A stretch of 64,000 nucleotides of DNA, taken from assembly GCA_013824755.1 (NCBI GenBank), contig PNOJ01000001.1, positions 14,474 through 78,473 of the forward strand, written 5' to 3'. Source of the stretch: Gemmatimonas sp. Its GTDB lineage: Bacteria; Krumholzibacteriota; Krumholzibacteriia; LZORAL124-64-63. The notes beneath the pieces are model-generated. The model searched no databases and was not told the DNA's origin. It saw nothing but the letters and a program-made list of their open reading frames with translations. Made by a program: the position numbers and the translations under genes. This document shows positions 48,358 through 59,301 of the stretch, one piece after another; within the stretch, counting starts at the first letter, position 1, and each line of letters starts with the position of its first letter.

Positions 48358-48391
48358 ACGCCGCCGCGGCGGGCGGGGAACCCCGGTCGCC

Positions 48392-48425
48392 GCGGGGTTG
48401 TTGCCCCCCGGACCGTGTGCTAGAT
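48392..48425 (+). promoter_or_regulatory. Putative promoter (TTGTTG-N17-TAGATT) after hairpin terminator 48378-48400
   Basis: Hairpin AACCCCGG-tcgccg-CGGGGTT, then a -35/-10 pair upstream of the DUF2723 gene. Confidence 0.35.
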
Positions 48426-48466
48426 TGGCGAGTCGTCCGCGCCGGAACCCGAATCCGAGGAATCCC

Positions 48467-51016
48467 ATGCTGGCACCCGACTGGTACCGCCGCCCGACGT
48501 TCCTGATCGCGGCGGGCGTCTTCGTCCTCGCGACGATCGTCTACTGCCTGACGCTGTCGCCGACGCTGAGCTTCTGGGACTGCGGCGAGTACATCACCAC
48601 CGCGCACACCATGGGCGTCCCGCACCAGCCGGGCACGCCGCTCTACGTGCTGGTCGGCCGCTTCTTCGACATCCTGCTCGCGCCGCTGGCCGGCACCGCG
48701 GCGGCGGTCAACTTCATGTCGGCGTTCTTCAGCGCCCTGGCCCTGGTCTTCGTCTACCTCACGATCCAGGAGATCGCCCGGCGCGCCGATCCCGACAGCG
48801 GGTGGCTCCCCCACGCCGGGGGCGTGGTGGGCGCGCTGTTCCTGCTGTTCAGCGAGACCTACTGGAGCAACGCGATCGAGGCCGAGGTGTACGGGCTGGC
48901 GGCCTTCGTCGTCGCCTTCCTGACCTGGCTGGGGCTGAAGTGGTACGACCTGCGGGCCGAACCGCACAGCGACCGCCTGCTCTACCTCGTCATCTACCTG
49001 CTGGGCCTGGGGGTCGGCTTCCACCTGGGCACGCTGCTGGTCTTCCCGGGCATCTTCCTGCTGATCCTGCTGGCGGGCGGGCGCAAGCTCGCCCTGGCGG
49101 ACCTGCTGGGCGTCAGCGTCGGTCTCGGCCTGTTCCTGCTCTCGACCATGGTCAAGGACGACTTCGTGATCGTCGGCGGCCTGGTCCTGCTGCTGATCTA
49201 CGCGCTGTCGCGCGCCTTCGGCGGCAAGCCCTTCATCCTGATCGGCTGCGGCGTGTTCCTGCTCGGCCTGAGCGTCCACCTGATCCTGCTGATCCGCGCC
49301 GGACTCGACCCGGCGCTCAACAACACGCAGCCCGACAACTTCCAGACCCTGATGTCGGTGCTGCGGCGCGAGCAGTACCCGCCCATCGACCCGCTGGTGC
49401 GCAAGGCCGACCTCTGGTGGCAGATCCGCTACTACTACGGCTTCCTGCTGGACCAGTTCAGCTTCCTGGACCTCGGCTCGCTCCGCCCGACGCGCCTGCT
49501 GACGATCCTGGTGCCGGTGTTCCTGGGCCTGCTCGGGGCGATCCACGGCTTCTTCCGCGCCCGCCCCTGGTACTGGATGCTGCTGGTGAACTACGTGATC
49601 AACGCCGACATCCTGAACCTCTACCTCAACTTCTCGGACAACGAGGTCCGCGAGCGCGACTACTTCTTCTCCACCGCCTTCATGTTCTTCGCCCTGTTCA
49701 TCGGCCTGGGCGCCGCGGCGCTGCTGCGCTACCTCTCGGGGCCGCTCGCGGCGCGCGGCGCCCGCCTCGCCAAGCCGGCCAGGATCGGCCGGGCGGCGGC
49801 GGGGACGGCGGCGGCGCTGATCCTGGTCGCGGCCCTGCCTGCGCTCGCCCCCGGCAGCGCGAAGTGGTACCGCCACGACCGCACGCAGAACCGCACGGCG
49901 CACGAGTACGCCTGGAACCTCCTGTCGGGCCTGGATCCCGGCGCCATCGTCTTCACCAACGGGGACAACGACACCTACCCGCTGTGGTACCTGCAGGAGG
50001 TGGAGGGCTTCCGGCGCGACGTGACCGTGGTCAACCTGGCGCTGATCAACCTGCCCTGGTACGTCAAGCAGATGAAGCGGCGCTCCCCGCCGATGCCCGT
50101 CTCCTACGACGACACGCAGCTGGAGCAGCTGCGCCCCGTGCTGTACCAGGACCCCGACACCGGGAAGCAGGAGGTCGTGTACGTGCGCGACTACATCGTG
50201 CACGACATCATCCAGAACCGCGGCCAGCGCCCGGTCTTCTTCGCGGTGACGATCCCCCAGGAGAACATGGCCCGCTACTTCACCATGCTCCAGATGGAGG
50301 GGCTGGCCTACCGCTTCACCGGCGTCAAGGGGCCGGACGGCATGCCCACGGTCGACAGCGACCGCCTGCTGGCGAACTGCTACGGGGTCTACGACTTCAG
50401 CGCCACCCTGGACGGCGATTCCGAGCGCCGCCGGTCCGAGTTCCGCACCCTGAACAACCTGCCGCAGAACCCGAGCCCCGAGGGCGAGGTCCGCGAGCTC
50501 CTGGGCGAGCGGGACTGGCGGTTCGAGGGGTTGTGGCGGTACAACGGTCGCCACCGCGAGGATGTCCACTTCGACCGCAACGCCGAGAACCTGCTGGGCA
50601 ACTACCCGGCGGGCCTGATCCGCGCCGGCTACGACTTCATCATGCGGGCGCAGGCGCCCGACGCCACCGACGCCGTCTACGACGAGATGATCGCCAAGGC
50701 GGAGACCGCGTTCGAGCTGGCCAGCAGCTTCGACCCCACGTTCCCGATGGTGACCGACATCTACCCCATGGTGCTGGTCGAGCGCGGGCGGGCCCGGGAC
50801 GCGGCGGCCCACGTGCAGCGCCTCCACGGGGCGATCCCGCCCCGGGACGAGCAGGCCCTGATCCCGCAGCTGGTCCAGGCCATGGTGCAGCGGGGAGAGG
50901 ACGCCGTGGCGGTCGCCTGGATGCAGGAGCGCCTGCGCGACGATCCCCAAGACGCCGTGGCGCGCCAGCAGCTCGACGCCCTGCTCGCCGCGGGCGCCGC
51001 GGGGAGCGCCCCATGA
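48467..51016 (+). CDS. DUF2723 / PMT-TMEM260-like GT-C fold membrane glycosyltransferase with soluble C-terminal domain
   Basis: N-terminal motif FWDCGEYITTAHTMGVPHQPGTPLY. About 11 TM helices. Long C-terminal helical domain. GAGGAA RBS. Confidence 0.7.
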   Translation: MLAPDWYRRPTFLIAAGVFVLATIVYCLTLSPTLSFWDCGEYITTAHTMGVPHQPGTPLYVLVGRFFDILLAPLAGTAAAVNFMSAFFSALALVFVYLTIQEIARRADPDSGWLPHAGGVVGALFLLFSETYWSNAIEAEVYGLAAFVVAFLTWLGLKWYDLRAEPHSDRLLYLVIYLLGLGVGFHLGTLLVFPGIFLLILLAGGRKLALADLLGVSVGLGLFLLSTMVKDDFVIVGGLVLLLIYALSRAFGGKPFILIGCGVFLLGLSVHLILLIRAGLDPALNNTQPDNFQTLMSVLRREQYPPIDPLVRKADLWWQIRYYYGFLLDQFSFLDLGSLRPTRLLTILVPVFLGLLGAIHGFFRARPWYWMLLVNYVINADILNLYLNFSDNEVRERDYFFSTAFMFFALFIGLGAAALLRYLSGPLAARGARLAKPARIGRAAAGTAAALILVAALPALAPGSAKWYRHDRTQNRTAHEYAWNLLSGLDPGAIVFTNGDNDTYPLWYLQEVEGFRRDVTVVNLALINLPWYVKQMKRRSPPMPVSYDDTQLEQLRPVLYQDPDTGKQEVVYVRDYIVHDIIQNRGQRPVFFAVTIPQENMARYFTMLQMEGLAYRFTGVKGPDGMPTVDSDRLLANCYGVYDFSATLDGDSERRRSEFRTLNNLPQNPSPEGEVRELLGERDWRFEGLWRYNGRHREDVHFDRNAENLLGNYPAGLIRAGYDFIMRAQAPDATDAVYDEMIAKAETAFELASSFDPTFPMVTDIYPMVLVERGRARDAAAHVQRLHGAIPPRDEQALIPQLVQAMVQRGEDAVAVAWMQERLRDDPQDAVARQQLDALLAAGAAGSAP

Positions 51017-52010
51017 CCGCCCTGGCGGCCGGGGCGCGCGTCGTGGTCACCGGCTGCGCCGGGTTCATCGGCAGCCACCTCGCCGAGGCCCTGCTGGACC
51101 GGGGCTGCGAGGTCGTCGGCATCGACGCGCTGACCGACTACTACGACCCGGCGCTCAAGCGCGAGAACCTGGCGCCGCTGCTGGGCCGGCCCGGCTTCGT
51201 CTTCCACCACGCCGATCTGAACGACGTCGACGCGGTTGCGCTGCTCGCCGGCAGCCGCGCCGTGTTCCACCTCGCCGCCCAGGCCGGCGTGCGCGCCAGC
51301 TGGGGGCACCTGTTCGGCGACTACCTGGCGTGCAACCTGGCCGCCACCCAGCGCCTGCTGGAAGCCTGCCGCGACCCGCGGGTGGCGCCGGGGCTCGTCC
51401 GGTTCGTCTACTCCAGCTCCAGCTCGGTGTACGGCGACCGCCTCGACCTGCCGGTGACCGAGCGCGCGCTGCCGCAGCCCTTCTCGCCGTACGGCGTGAC
51501 CAAGCTGGCGGCCGAGCACCTCTGCGTGCTCTACGGCGCCAACCACGGCGTGCCCACCACGTCCCTGCGCTACTTCACGGTCTACGGGCCGCGCCAGCGG
51601 CCCGACATGGCCTTCCGCAAGTTCCTCGAGGCGGCCTTCGACGGGAAGCCCTGGATCGTCTTCGGCGACGGTTCGCAGACGCGGGATTTCACCTACGTGT
51701 CCGACGCGGTGGACGCGAACCTGCGCGCGGTCGAGGCGCCCGGAACGTGGGCGGTGTACAACGTCGGCGGCGGCGCGCGCGTCCCGCTGGCCGCGGCCCT
51801 GGCGGCCATGCGCGACCTGCTGCGCGAGGCGGCGCCCGAGGTCCGCGTCGGGTCGAGCACGTGCCGGTCGAGAAGGGCGACGTGCGCGACACCTGGGCCG
51901 ATCCCGGCCTCATCCGTGACGAGATCGGCTACGTCGCGCGGGTCCCGTTCGGCGAGGGACTGCGCCGCGAGGTGCTCTGGGTCGCCGCGCGCAGGAGGGG
52001 ACATGCCTGA
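51013..52010 (+). CDS. NAD-dependent sugar epimerase/dehydratase (SDR family), apparent -1 frameshift near 51850
   Basis: VVTGCAGFIGSHL, YxxxK (YGVTKLAAE). The C-terminus VEHVPVEKGDVRDTWADPGLIRDEIGY continues in another frame. The shift sits in a G-run gtcggg. Confidence 0.75.
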
Positions 52011-52938
52011 CGTCCGGCCCGACCTCTCGGTGGTGGTGCCAGCGCTGAACGAGGCGGCCTCGCTGCCCGAGCTGACGGCGCGCATCGCGGCCGCGGCGGC
52101 CGCGGCGGGACTGTCGCACGAGGTGTGGATCATCGACGACGGCAGCACCGACGACACGCCCGCCGTGCTCGAGCGGCTCCACGCCGCCGACGCCCGCGTC
52201 CGCGGTCTGGAGTTCACGCGCAACCACGGCAAGGCCGCCGCCCTGGCCGCCGGTTTCGCGGCCGCCGCGGGGCGCTACGTGATCACCATGGACGCCGACC
52301 TGCAGGACGACCCCGACGAGATCCCGCACCTCGTGGCGAAGCTGGAGGAGGGCTTCGACCTCGTCTCCGGCTGGAAGCAGGACCGCAAGGACGGCTTCGT
52401 CAAGAACACCACGTCGCGGTTCTTCAACGAGGTCACCAGCCGCGCCGTGGGGTTGCGGCTGCACGACTACAACTGCGGGCTGAAGGCCTACCGCCGCGAG
52501 GTCGTCGAGGCGGTGCGCCTCTACGGCGAGATGCACCGCTACATCCCGGCGCAGGCCTACCGCGAGGGGTTCCGGGTGACCGAGATCCCCGTGCGCCACC
52601 ACCGCCGCCGCCACGGCGTCACCAAGTACGGTCCGGCCCGCTTCCTCAACGGCTTCCTGGACCTGCTGACCCTGATGTTCCTCAGCTCGCGCTCCGCCTC
52701 GCCCCTGCACCTGTTCGGGCGCATCGGCGCGGCCAGCTTCGCGGTCGGCGGCGCGATCCTGGCCTGGTTCGTCGTGCAGTGGGCGCTGGGTCACGGCTTG
52801 CGGGTGCGGCCGCTGATGCTGCTGGGCGCCGGTCTGGTCATCGTCGCCGTCCAGTTCGTCAGCCTCGGCCTGATCGCCGAGCTGGTGGTGGCGGGCAACC
52901 ATCCCGAGACGGGGTACCGTGTCCGCCGCCGCCACTGA
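52003..52938 (+). CDS. GtrB/CsbB/ArnC-like GT2 polyprenyl-phosphate sugar synthase with C-terminal TM helices
   Basis: VVVPALNE, DDGSTDDT, DADLQDDP, then two C-terminal TM helices. AGGAGGGG RBS. Confidence 0.8.
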   Translation: MPDVRPDLSVVVPALNEAASLPELTARIAAAAAAAGLSHEVWIIDDGSTDDTPAVLERLHAADARVRGLEFTRNHGKAAALAAGFAAAAGRYVITMDADLQDDPDEIPHLVAKLEEGFDLVSGWKQDRKDGFVKNTTSRFFNEVTSRAVGLRLHDYNCGLKAYRREVVEAVRLYGEMHRYIPAQAYREGFRVTEIPVRHHRRRHGVTKYGPARFLNGFLDLLTLMFLSSRSASPLHLFGRIGAASFAVGGAILAWFVVQWALGHGLRVRPLMLLGAGLVIVAVQFVSLGLIAELVVAGNHPETGYRVRRRH

Positions 52939-53893
52939 CGCCCCTGGGTCAGACGGGAGGTCCGGGACGACCGGGACGCCGCCGCCGTCCCTGGCCGTGG
53001 TCGTCGTCAACTGGAACGGGCGCGACCACCTGCCCGAGTGCATCGGCTCCCTGCTCGCCGACGGCTACGACCCCCTGCGCATCGTCGTCGTCGACAACGC
53101 GTCGGACGACGACTCGGTCCGGTTCTGCCGCGACGCCTTCCCCTCGGTCGAACTCGTCATCGCGGACCGCAACCGCTACTGGGCGGGCGGCAACAACCTC
53201 GGGCTGCGGCACCTGCGCGCGACCGGGGGCGCGGATCACACGCTGCTGCTGAACAACGACACCATCGTGCCGCAAGGGAGCCTCGCCCGTCTGGTGGAGG
53301 CGATCGCCCGCGAGCCGGGCGCCTGGGCGGCGACGCCGCGCATCTGCTTCGCGGACGAGCCCTGGCGCATCTGGTACGACGGCGGGCGGGTCGGGCGCTT
53401 TTCGGGCTGGGTGGGGCACCAGGGCATCCGGCAGGCCGCCGGGCGCCGTGCGCTCGACGAGCGGTTCGTGGAGTACGGCACGGGGTGCGCGCTGCTGCTG
53501 TCGCGCCGGGCCCTCGAAACGGTGCCGGAACTGGACGAGGCCTACACCTTCTACGGCGAGGACACCGACTACTGCCTGCGCCTGCGGGCGGCGGGCGGCC
53601 GCATCCTGCACGTCCCGCGCTCGTTGATCCTGCACAAGGTGAGCGCATCGGTCGGCGCGTGGTCGCCGCGCAAGGCCTACCTGCGCAGCCGCAGCCACGT
53701 CCGCCTGCTGGGGCGCCACTGGCGGGGGGCGGCGCGCGCGGCGCTCTGGCCGTGCCAGGTGGCGTACTTCGCCGGGCACGCGGCCTGGCACCTGTGGCAG
53801 GGGAGGCCCGCCGTCGCGCGCGCCGTCCTGGCGGGCGCCCTGGACGAACTGGCGGGGCGGCCCGCGGAACCCCCTGTCGCTCCTCGGGTTTGA
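52919..53893 (+). CDS. GT2-family glycosyltransferase (rhamnosyltransferase-like)
   Basis: VVVVNWNGRDHL, VVDNASDDDS, and a DxD-like motif (YGEDTDY). Confidence 0.7.
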   Translation: MSAAATDAPGSDGRSGTTGTPPPSLAVVVVNWNGRDHLPECIGSLLADGYDPLRIVVVDNASDDDSVRFCRDAFPSVELVIADRNRYWAGGNNLGLRHLRATGGADHTLLLNNDTIVPQGSLARLVEAIAREPGAWAATPRICFADEPWRIWYDGGRVGRFSGWVGHQGIRQAAGRRALDERFVEYGTGCALLLSRRALETVPELDEAYTFYGEDTDYCLRLRAAGGRILHVPRSLILHKVSASVGAWSPRKAYLRSRSHVRLLGRHWRGAARAALWPCQVAYFAGHAAWHLWQGRPAVARAVLAGALDELAGRPAEPPVAPRV

Positions 53894-53983
53894 CCGTCTC
53901 TCGGGAGTGGACGCCCGCGGCCGCCGGATGATATCCTCGGCCGGCTGGAAGCCGCGGCCACGCCGCATCCGAAAGGGAATCAC

Positions 53984-56500
53984 GTGCGCGTCAACCACGA
54001 CCGTCCCGGCGCCGGGACCGGCCCGCGTCGTCGCCTGCTGCATGCCGGCGGGATCGCCCTGGCCCTGCTGGTCCTGCTGGGGCTCGTCTACCCCGAAGCG
54101 CTGCTGCAGGGCCGGGTGTTCGGCAGCAGCGACGCCGAGAACGCCGCGCTGTTCACCATCGTCGGCGACGCTTCGCTCGCCCGCGGCGTCTACCCGCAGT
54201 GGAACCCCTACCTGTTCGCCGGGATGCCGACCTTCGGCTCGGTGTCCTACACCCGCTTCGTCTACCCGCCCGGGGAAGTGCTGACCTTCCTGCAGGACCG
54301 CCTCGGTTTTCCGCCGCTGACCTGGATGCTGGCGCACCTGCTGTTGGGCGGCGCCGGGATGGTCTGGCTGCTGGATCGCTGGCGATTGCCGCTGCCGACG
54401 CGGCTGCTGGGGGCGGCCGTGTGGCTCTTGCAGCCCAACGTCGTGGCCTGGGGCGTGCACGGCCACGGCAGCAAGCTGGTGACGGCCATGTACCTGCCCT
54501 GGGTCGTGGGCGCCTGCCTGGACCTGCTGGAGGGGAAGGGCCGCCGACGCGCCGCGCTGCTCGCGCTGGCCGTCGGGTTGCAGGTGCTGCGCGGGCACCC
54601 CCAGATCCTCTACTACACGTTGCTGTGCGTGGGCGTCCTGCTGCTGGGCAAATGGATCGCCGTGCTGGCGGCCCGCCGCCGCCGCGCCGCCGGCGCGCAG
54701 CTCTGGCCCTGGCGGCCGACCGCCGCGATCGGCGCCGCCCTCGCGACGGCGTTCCTGATCGGCGCCGTCCAGCTGCTGCCGGTGCGCGATTACGCCGGCT
54801 GGTCGGTGCGCGGGTCCGCCGAGGGCGGGGGCGCCAGCTACGAGTACGCCACCGGCTGGAGCCTGCACCCGCGGGAGTTCCCGACCCTGGTCCAACCCGC
54901 GGCTGCCGGTTTCGGGCTGGGCACCTACCAGGGCTTCATGCCGTTCACGGACTACCCCAACTACTTCGGCTGGCTGCTGCTGACGCTGGCGGCGCTCGGC
55001 GCCTGGACCGTCCCGCGCTGGCCCCAACGCGCGCTGGCGGCGATCGTGGTGCTGTCGCTGCTGGTCGCCTGCGGGCGCTTCTTCCCGGTGCTGTACGGCC
55101 CGCTCTACCACCTGCTGCCGTACTTCAACAAGTTCCGCATCCCGGTGATGATCCTGGCGGTGACGGGGTTCGCGCTGGCGGTCCTGGCGGCGCACGGCCT
55201 GGCCGCCCTGCACGGCGCCGCCGCCGGCGCTCGCGCGCCGCGCCGTCTGGCCTGGGTCTGGCTGGGGCTCGGCGCCGCCTCGCTCCTGGGCGCGCTGGGG
55301 CCGGGCAAGGGCCTGCACGCCTCGCAGCTCGCGAGCCTGGCCGCCGCGGTGGGCCGCAGCGCACCCGCGCCGGAGGTGCTGGCCGCGGCTTGGAGCCTGC
55401 AGCAGGTCGACCTGCTGCGCATCGGCCTGCTGCTCGTCGCCGCCGGCGCCGCCACCGTGTTCGCGACGCGTCGGACGCCCGCCCGGCGCGCCTGGCTGCC
55501 CTGGCTCCTGCTGGCGCTCGTGGCGGTGGACCTGCTCGGCGTGGCGGGGCGGATCACCCATCCCGAGCGCGGGATGCATCAACTCGCCCGCGGGGCCGAC
55601 GGCGGCGCGTCCCTGGTACCGGCCGGCGATCTCGTCCGACAGGCCGCGCCGCGCGCGACGTTCCGCGCGGACCCCTTCCTGGTCGAGGTGGCGCAGTTCG
55701 TCGGCCACGAGCGGGTCTGGCCGCTCGGCTCCCTGGCGCAGCACAACGGCGGGATGCCGGCGGGCCTGCGTTCCCTGGGCGGGTACCACCCGGCGAAGCT
55801 GGCCGCCGCCGAGGCCGTGCGGGAGCGGATCCTGAATCCGTCGCGCCCCGCCGGCCGCATCGCCGCCTGGCTCGGCGGGGGCTACCTGATGCTCGACGGG
55901 CTCCTGCCGCCGCAGGCCGTGCCGGCGCTGGCGGAACTGGGCGCCGAACTCGAGGCGAGCCCCGTGATGTCCGGCGAGTCCACGCTCTACCGCAACCTCA
56001 GCGCGCTGCCGCGCGCCCGCCTGGTGGGCGAGTGGGCGCCGGTCTCCGGCGACCTGGCCGGGTTCCTGGACCGCCTGCAGGCCGGCCGCGAACCCGTCGC
56101 GCGCCGCGTGCTGCTGGATCGCGCGCCGTCGCCCGCGCCGGCGGCCGCCGCGCAGCCGCTGCCGGCGGTCGCGTACGTGCGCGACGACCTGAACGAGGTG
56201 GTGCTGCGGGCCGCGCCGCCCGCGCCGGCGGTGCTCGTGCTGGCCGACCTGTGGATGCCCGGCTGGTCGGTGACCGTCGACGGGACGCCGGCGCCGCTGC
56301 TCGTCGCCGACCACATGCTGCGGGCGGTCGCCCTGCCGGCCGGCGAGCACGAGATCCGTTTCGTCTACCGGGATCCGTTCTTGCGTCGCGGCCTCGCGTT
56401 GACGGTCTGCGGCGTGGTCCTGCTCCTGGTCCTGGCGTTCGCCGGTGCGGTGCCCGCGCTGCGGCGCCGTTTCGCGGGCGGGACCGCAGGCGAGGTTTGA
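53984..56500 (+). CDS. YfhO-family GT-C membrane glycosyltransferase
   Basis: Thirteen or more TM helices. Conserved YfhO C-terminal beta-domain (LWMPGWSVTVDGTPAPLL). AAAGGGAA RBS. Confidence 0.75.
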   Translation: MRVNHDRPGAGTGPRRRLLHAGGIALALLVLLGLVYPEALLQGRVFGSSDAENAALFTIVGDASLARGVYPQWNPYLFAGMPTFGSVSYTRFVYPPGEVLTFLQDRLGFPPLTWMLAHLLLGGAGMVWLLDRWRLPLPTRLLGAAVWLLQPNVVAWGVHGHGSKLVTAMYLPWVVGACLDLLEGKGRRRAALLALAVGLQVLRGHPQILYYTLLCVGVLLLGKWIAVLAARRRRAAGAQLWPWRPTAAIGAALATAFLIGAVQLLPVRDYAGWSVRGSAEGGGASYEYATGWSLHPREFPTLVQPAAAGFGLGTYQGFMPFTDYPNYFGWLLLTLAALGAWTVPRWPQRALAAIVVLSLLVACGRFFPVLYGPLYHLLPYFNKFRIPVMILAVTGFALAVLAAHGLAALHGAAAGARAPRRLAWVWLGLGAASLLGALGPGKGLHASQLASLAAAVGRSAPAPEVLAAAWSLQQVDLLRIGLLLVAAGAATVFATRRTPARRAWLPWLLLALVAVDLLGVAGRITHPERGMHQLARGADGGASLVPAGDLVRQAAPRATFRADPFLVEVAQFVGHERVWPLGSLAQHNGGMPAGLRSLGGYHPAKLAAAEAVRERILNPSRPAGRIAAWLGGGYLMLDGLLPPQAVPALAELGAELEASPVMSGESTLYRNLSALPRARLVGEWAPVSGDLAGFLDRLQAGREPVARRVLLDRAPSPAPAAAAQPLPAVAYVRDDLNEVVLRAAPPAPAVLVLADLWMPGWSVTVDGTPAPLLVADHMLRAVALPAGEHEIRFVYRDPFLRRGLALTVCGVVLLLVLAFAGAVPALRRRFAGGTAGEV

Positions 56501-56519
56501 TGAGCAGCGAGGTGGCGTC

Positions 56520-57248
56520 GTGAAGTGCGTGGTCGTGATCCCGACCTACAACGAGGCCGATAACATCGGCCGCATCGTGCCGGCGGTCCTGGCCAGGGAT
56601 CCCGGCCTCTCGGTCCTGGTCGTCGACGACAACTCGCCGGACGGGACCGCGGCCGTGGTCAAGGCCCTGCCCGACTACGGCGGGCGCGTCCGCATGCTCG
56701 AGCGGCCGGGCAAGGCGGGGCTGGGCGCGGCCTACATCGCCGGCTTCCAGTGGGTCCTGGCCAACACCGACGCCGAGGCCGTCTTCGAGATGGATGCCGA
56801 CTTCAGCCACGACCCCGCGGCCATCGACACCTTCCTGCAGGAGATCCGGGACCACGACGTCGTGCTCGGCAGCCGCTACCTCTACGGCATCACGGTCGTC
56901 AACTGGCCGCTGCGCCGGGTGATCCTGAGCGTCGGCGCGAACATCTACGCCCGCCGGGTCACGGGCATGCCCATCAAGGACTCCACGGGCGGCTTCAAGT
57001 GCTTCCGGCGGGAGGTGCTCGCGGCCCTGCCGCTGGCGAGCATCAAGAGCGACGGCTACTCCTTCCAGATCGAGATGAACTACCACTGCTGGCGGCGGCG
57101 CTTCCGCATCAAGGAGATCCCGATCATGTTCGTCGACCGCCAGGTCGGCGTCTCGAAGATGTCCAAACGGATCGTCTGGGAAGCGATGTGGATGGTCTGG
57201 GCCCTGCGGCTGCGGCGCGAACCGCGCGGCCCCGGAGGAGCGGCTTGA
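56520..57248 (+). CDS. Polyprenol-phosphate mannose synthase (Ppm1/DPM1-like GT2)
   Basis: VVIPTYNEADNI, VVDDNSPDGT, and a DAD-like motif (EMDADFSHDP). Soluble, about 240 aa. GTG start behind GAGGTGG. Confidence 0.8.
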   Translation: MKCVVVIPTYNEADNIGRIVPAVLARDPGLSVLVVDDNSPDGTAAVVKALPDYGGRVRMLERPGKAGLGAAYIAGFQWVLANTDAEAVFEMDADFSHDPAAIDTFLQEIRDHDVVLGSRYLYGITVVNWPLRRVILSVGANIYARRVTGMPIKDSTGGFKCFRREVLAALPLASIKSDGYSFQIEMNYHCWRRRFRIKEIPIMFVDRQVGVSKMSKRIVWEAMWMVWALRLRREPRGPGGAA

Positions 57249-59301
57249 AGCTCTCGGTCGTCATCGTCCATTTCAACACCAGCGACGACCTCGGCCGCTG
57301 CCTGGACGCGCTGGCGCGCTGCCCGCCGACCTGCGACCACGCGGTGACGGTCGTGGACAACGCCTCGACCGACCCGGGCCTCGCCGCGGTCCGCGAGGCG
57401 CACCCGGGCGTGCGCTGGCTCGTGAACGCGCGCAACGAGGGCTACGCCCGCGGCTGCAACCGCGGCCTGCGGGCCGCCGACGCCGACTTCACCCTGCTGC
57501 TCAATCCGGACGTGGTGGTGCAGCCGGGCGCGATCGACGCGCTGCTGCGCGCCGCCGAGGCGCACCCCCGGGCCGGCCTGCTCGGCCCTCAGCTGCTGAA
57601 CGAGGACGGCACGATCCAGGAATCGTGCCGGCGCTTCTACACGCTCGGCACCCTGCTGATGCGGCGCACGGTCCTGGGACGCCTGGCGCCGAACTCCCGT
57701 GCCGTGGCCCGCCACCTCATGCGCGACTTCGACCACCTGGCGACGCGGCCCGTGGACTGGGTCATCGGCGGCTGCGTGCTCGTGCGCCGCGAGGCCGTGG
57801 CCCGCGTCGGCGCCATGGACGAACGCTTCTTCCTCTATTTCGAGGACGTCGACTGGTGCTACCGCATGGGCCAGGCCGGCTACGACGTGCTCTACGTCGC
57901 GGAGTCCCGCTTCGTCCACCGCCACCGCCGCGACAGCGCGCGCGGCCCGATGCGCCGCAGCTTCTGGCTGCACCTGACGAGCCTGATCTCCTTCTACGAG
58001 AAGTGGGGCCTGCTGGTCTACCTGCTCAAGCGCTGGCGCGACCCCCTCGGCACCTTCGCGTTCTGGTTGACCGATCTGGCGGCGCTGAACGCGTCGCTGC
58101 TGGCCGCCTACGCCCTGCGCGGCGCGCTGAACCCCTTCTTCGACGACCCGCTGCTGCCGCTCGCCTGGTACCAGCCCCTGTTCGTGTTCGCCAACCTGCT
58201 GACGAGCCTCGGCTTCCTGCTGCTGGGCCGCTACCGGCGCGGCGCCCGCGGCCGTTCCCCGCGGGCCGGGGACCGGATGCAGCAGGTCGCCGCCGTCACC
58301 TTGCTGCTGTGGGCGAGCACCTACATGAGCCATCAGCACGTCTACAGCCGCGTGGTGCTGCTGCTGTTCTGGCCGCTGCTGCTCGGGACGCTCCTGCTGA
58401 GCGAAACCGCGTTCCTGGCCTTGCGACGCCGCATGGAACGCGGTTACCTGTCGCTGGAGCGCACGCTGCTGGTGGGGGCCGACGCCGGGGTCAGGGACTG
58501 GCTGGAGCGCGGGCCGGACCCTCGCGGCTGCGGGCTGGACGTGGTGGGCTACCTGGCCGCCGACGTGGCCGAAGAGGGGACCGCGCGCAGCGGTCCTGAC
58601 GTGCCCCGCCTCGGCGCGCCCGCGGACCTCGTCGACATCGTCGACCGCTACCGCATCGCCCAGGTCGTGTTCTGGCAATGGCCGACGGGCGCGGCTCCCG
58701 AATGCGGGCGCTGGCGTTGCTGCGCCGGCGCCGGGTCCGGTTGCGTTGGCGGGTGGACTCCGCGGCGCTGCTGCAGGCCGGCGCCCGCGCCGAGGAATTC
58801 GGCGGCGCCGCGAGCGCCGTGCTCGATCCCGGGCCGGCGCGGCCCGGCCGGGACCTCGCCGGCCGCCTCGCCGCCGCGTCCCTGGGCCTGCTGCTGCTGC
58901 CGGTGTGCCTGCCGGCGGCTTCGCTGGCGAGGTTGCGGCGCGGCTGGGAGAACCGGGACTTCCTGGCGGCGCCCGCCGGCGAGGAGTCGCTGGCCCGCAC
59001 CTGGCGCCTGCTCTGCGGTCGCGATGGCCGACCCTGCGGCCTGCTGCGGCAACCCACCCTGGCCCGGGCCCTGATCACCGGCCGCCTGGCCCTGGCGGGG
59101 GCGCCGCTCGTTCCCTGCGGGCCCCACGGCGCGCCGCCGCCGCCCGGCGCCCTCGCGGATCCGTGGCGGCTCGAACCCCCCGCCGCCGGTCTCGGCGGCG
59201 TCTGGGCCGGACGCGGGGCGGCCCGCTTCCGACGCGCCCTGCACGACCCGGCCGGGATTTCCCGGCTCGAACGTGGGAACACCGAACAGGAGAACCCGTG
59301 A
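57245..59301 (+). CDS. GT2 domain fused to a multi-TM / CoA-binding-like domain, probable frameshift near 58680
   Basis: TTGA overlap. GT2 motifs (SVVIVHFNT, TVVDNAS, FEDVDW). TM block plus Rossmann-like LLVGADAGVRDWL. The high-GC3 frame switches at about 58680 and ends at the GTGA overlap with the next gene. Confidence 0.5.
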